The translations under genes and the position numbers were made by a program. Shown one piece after another: positions 63,175 to 64,000 of a stretch of DNA of 64,000 nucleotides. The stretch covers positions 4,419 to 68,418 of the forward strand of contig JASJCQ010000018.1 of assembly GCA_030065915.1 (NCBI GenBank), given 5' to 3'. Source of the stretch: Woeseiaceae bacterium (GTDB lineage Bacteria > Pseudomonadota > Gammaproteobacteria > Steroidobacterales > Woeseiaceae). Position 1 is the stretch's first letter. Every line of letters starts with the position of its first letter. The notes beneath the pieces are model-generated. The model did not search any database. It was given only the letters and a program-made list of their open reading frames with translations, and was not told the origin of the DNA.

Positions 63175-64000
63175 CTACCCTTCCTTGTCTGCCAGCGCAA
63201 CGATGCGCTGCGCCTGGATCAAATGCGGCCGGTCTAGCATCACCCCATCGAGCGACAGCGCACCCGCGTCGGGATGCGCCTCGAACAATTCAACGATACG
63301 CTTCGCCCGCGCTATCTCGTCATCATCGGGCATAAAGGCAGACTGTATGATGTCCACCTGCCCGGGATGAATCGCCAGCATGCCGGTGAAGCCGTCACGC
63401 GCCGCGTTCGATGCGTAACGTACTAAACCGGTTTCGTCGCGGAAATCAGTAAAGACCGTATCGATGGCAGCAACTTCAGCGGAATGCGCTGCAAACAGGC
63501 ACAAGGATCGCGCCAACTCGTAGGGTGGCAGCCAGTTGCCCTGTTCATCGCGATTCGCCCTGGCACCAACGTCGGCACTCAGGTCCTCGGCACCCCACGA
63601 CAATCCCGCAAGCCGTGGGCCTGCATCCGCGTATCCGCCCAGTGAAAACAGCGCTTTAACCCTTTCCGTGCACAGCGCGATGATCTTTGTCTGGCCGGGT
63701 GGTATCGAGTGTTCCGCTTCGAGGCGATCGAGTCGATCCGACAGCGCAGCCGCATCGTCCGCCGATTGTGGTTTCGGCAGGATAATGCCGGCTGGCCCGC
63801 TGGCAATGACGGCCGCCAGGTCCTTTTCTGCATCGGGTGTCGACAGCGGGTTGATCCGAACCCAGGCGTCGTCCCTGTCACTGACAAACTCCGCCGCCAT
63901 GGCACGGGCCGTTGGTCGCGCATCCGCAGCGACAGCATCTTCGAGATCGAGGATCAGTGCGTCGACGGTGACGTCCGCCGCCTTGGCCAGCTTGCGCTCG
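63175..64000 (-). CDS. HpcH/HpaI aldolase - citrate lyase beta (CitE)-like protein, 5' end outside window
   Basis: The frame stays open upstream of the listed Met: the reverse complement of 63901-64000 reads ERKLAKAADVTVDALILDLEDAVAADARPTARA, which includes the CitE-type DLEDAV motif. Its stop lies 3 nt before the acs start. Confidence 0.75.
   Translation of the reverse strand, partial: ERKLAKAADVTVDALILDLEDAVAADARPTARAMAAEFVSDRDDAWVRINPLSTPDAEKDLAAVIASGPAGIILPKPQSADDAAALSDRLDRLEAEHSIPPGQTKIIALCTERVKALFSLGGYADAGPRLAGLSWGAEDLSADVGARANRDEQGNWLPPYELARSLCLFAAHSAEVAAIDTVFTDFRDETGLVRYASNAARDGFTGMLAIHPGQVDIIQSAFMPDDDEIARAKRIVELFEAHPDAGALSLDGVMLDRPHLIQAQRIVALADKEG

Overview
This 64-kb window looks like a high-GC gammaproteobacterial chromosome. 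GC was judged by eye at roughly 60% and was not computed. Gene order resembles Pseudomonas/Xanthomonas. Almost all of it is intact housekeeping DNA: clpX(partial)-clpP-tig; five tRNA genes (Leu-TAG, Lys-CTT, and a Pro-TGG/Arg-TCT/His-GTG operon); ppiA-lpxH; miaE; purF-cvpA-dedD-folC-accD-truA-fimV-asd-aroC-prmB; SCO1/PCuAC-psd-epmA-msrC; efp; parC-parE; xseB; pgpA-thiL-nusB-ribH-ribBA-ribE-ribD-nrdR-glyA; ettA; purL; acs. I found no CRISPR array, IS element, transposase, integrase, prophage or recognisable multi-gene defence operon, and I cannot point to a clear-cut new protein system. The items worth a second look are these. (1) An ORF-free ~640-nt trailer lies behind the Pro-Arg-His tRNA operon and is built from repeated, insertion-expanded tRNA-His-derived modules. 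(2) Four phased 62-bp repeats plus an orphan plus-strand terminator sit between tRNA-Leu and tig. (3) A REP/BIME-like palindromic element abuts gene stops at two loci. (4) A FimX-like degenerate GGDEF-EAL sensor is paired with a second, truncated FimV-like protein. (5) Two unusual Hanks-type Ser/Thr kinases (REC-like fusion; cNMP-binding fusion) and an orphan TagH-like FHA protein occur with no T6SS genes nearby. (6) A rubrerythrin / CCG-type Fe-S protein / DUF3501 operon sits beside a ToxR/CadC-like TPR regulator. (7) A single-gene, visibly AT-richer islet encodes a zinc-ribbon + DUF4145-like protein. (8) A DUF1772-like gene is interrupted by two in-frame stops. All family assignments come from motif recognition by eye; no database search was run.
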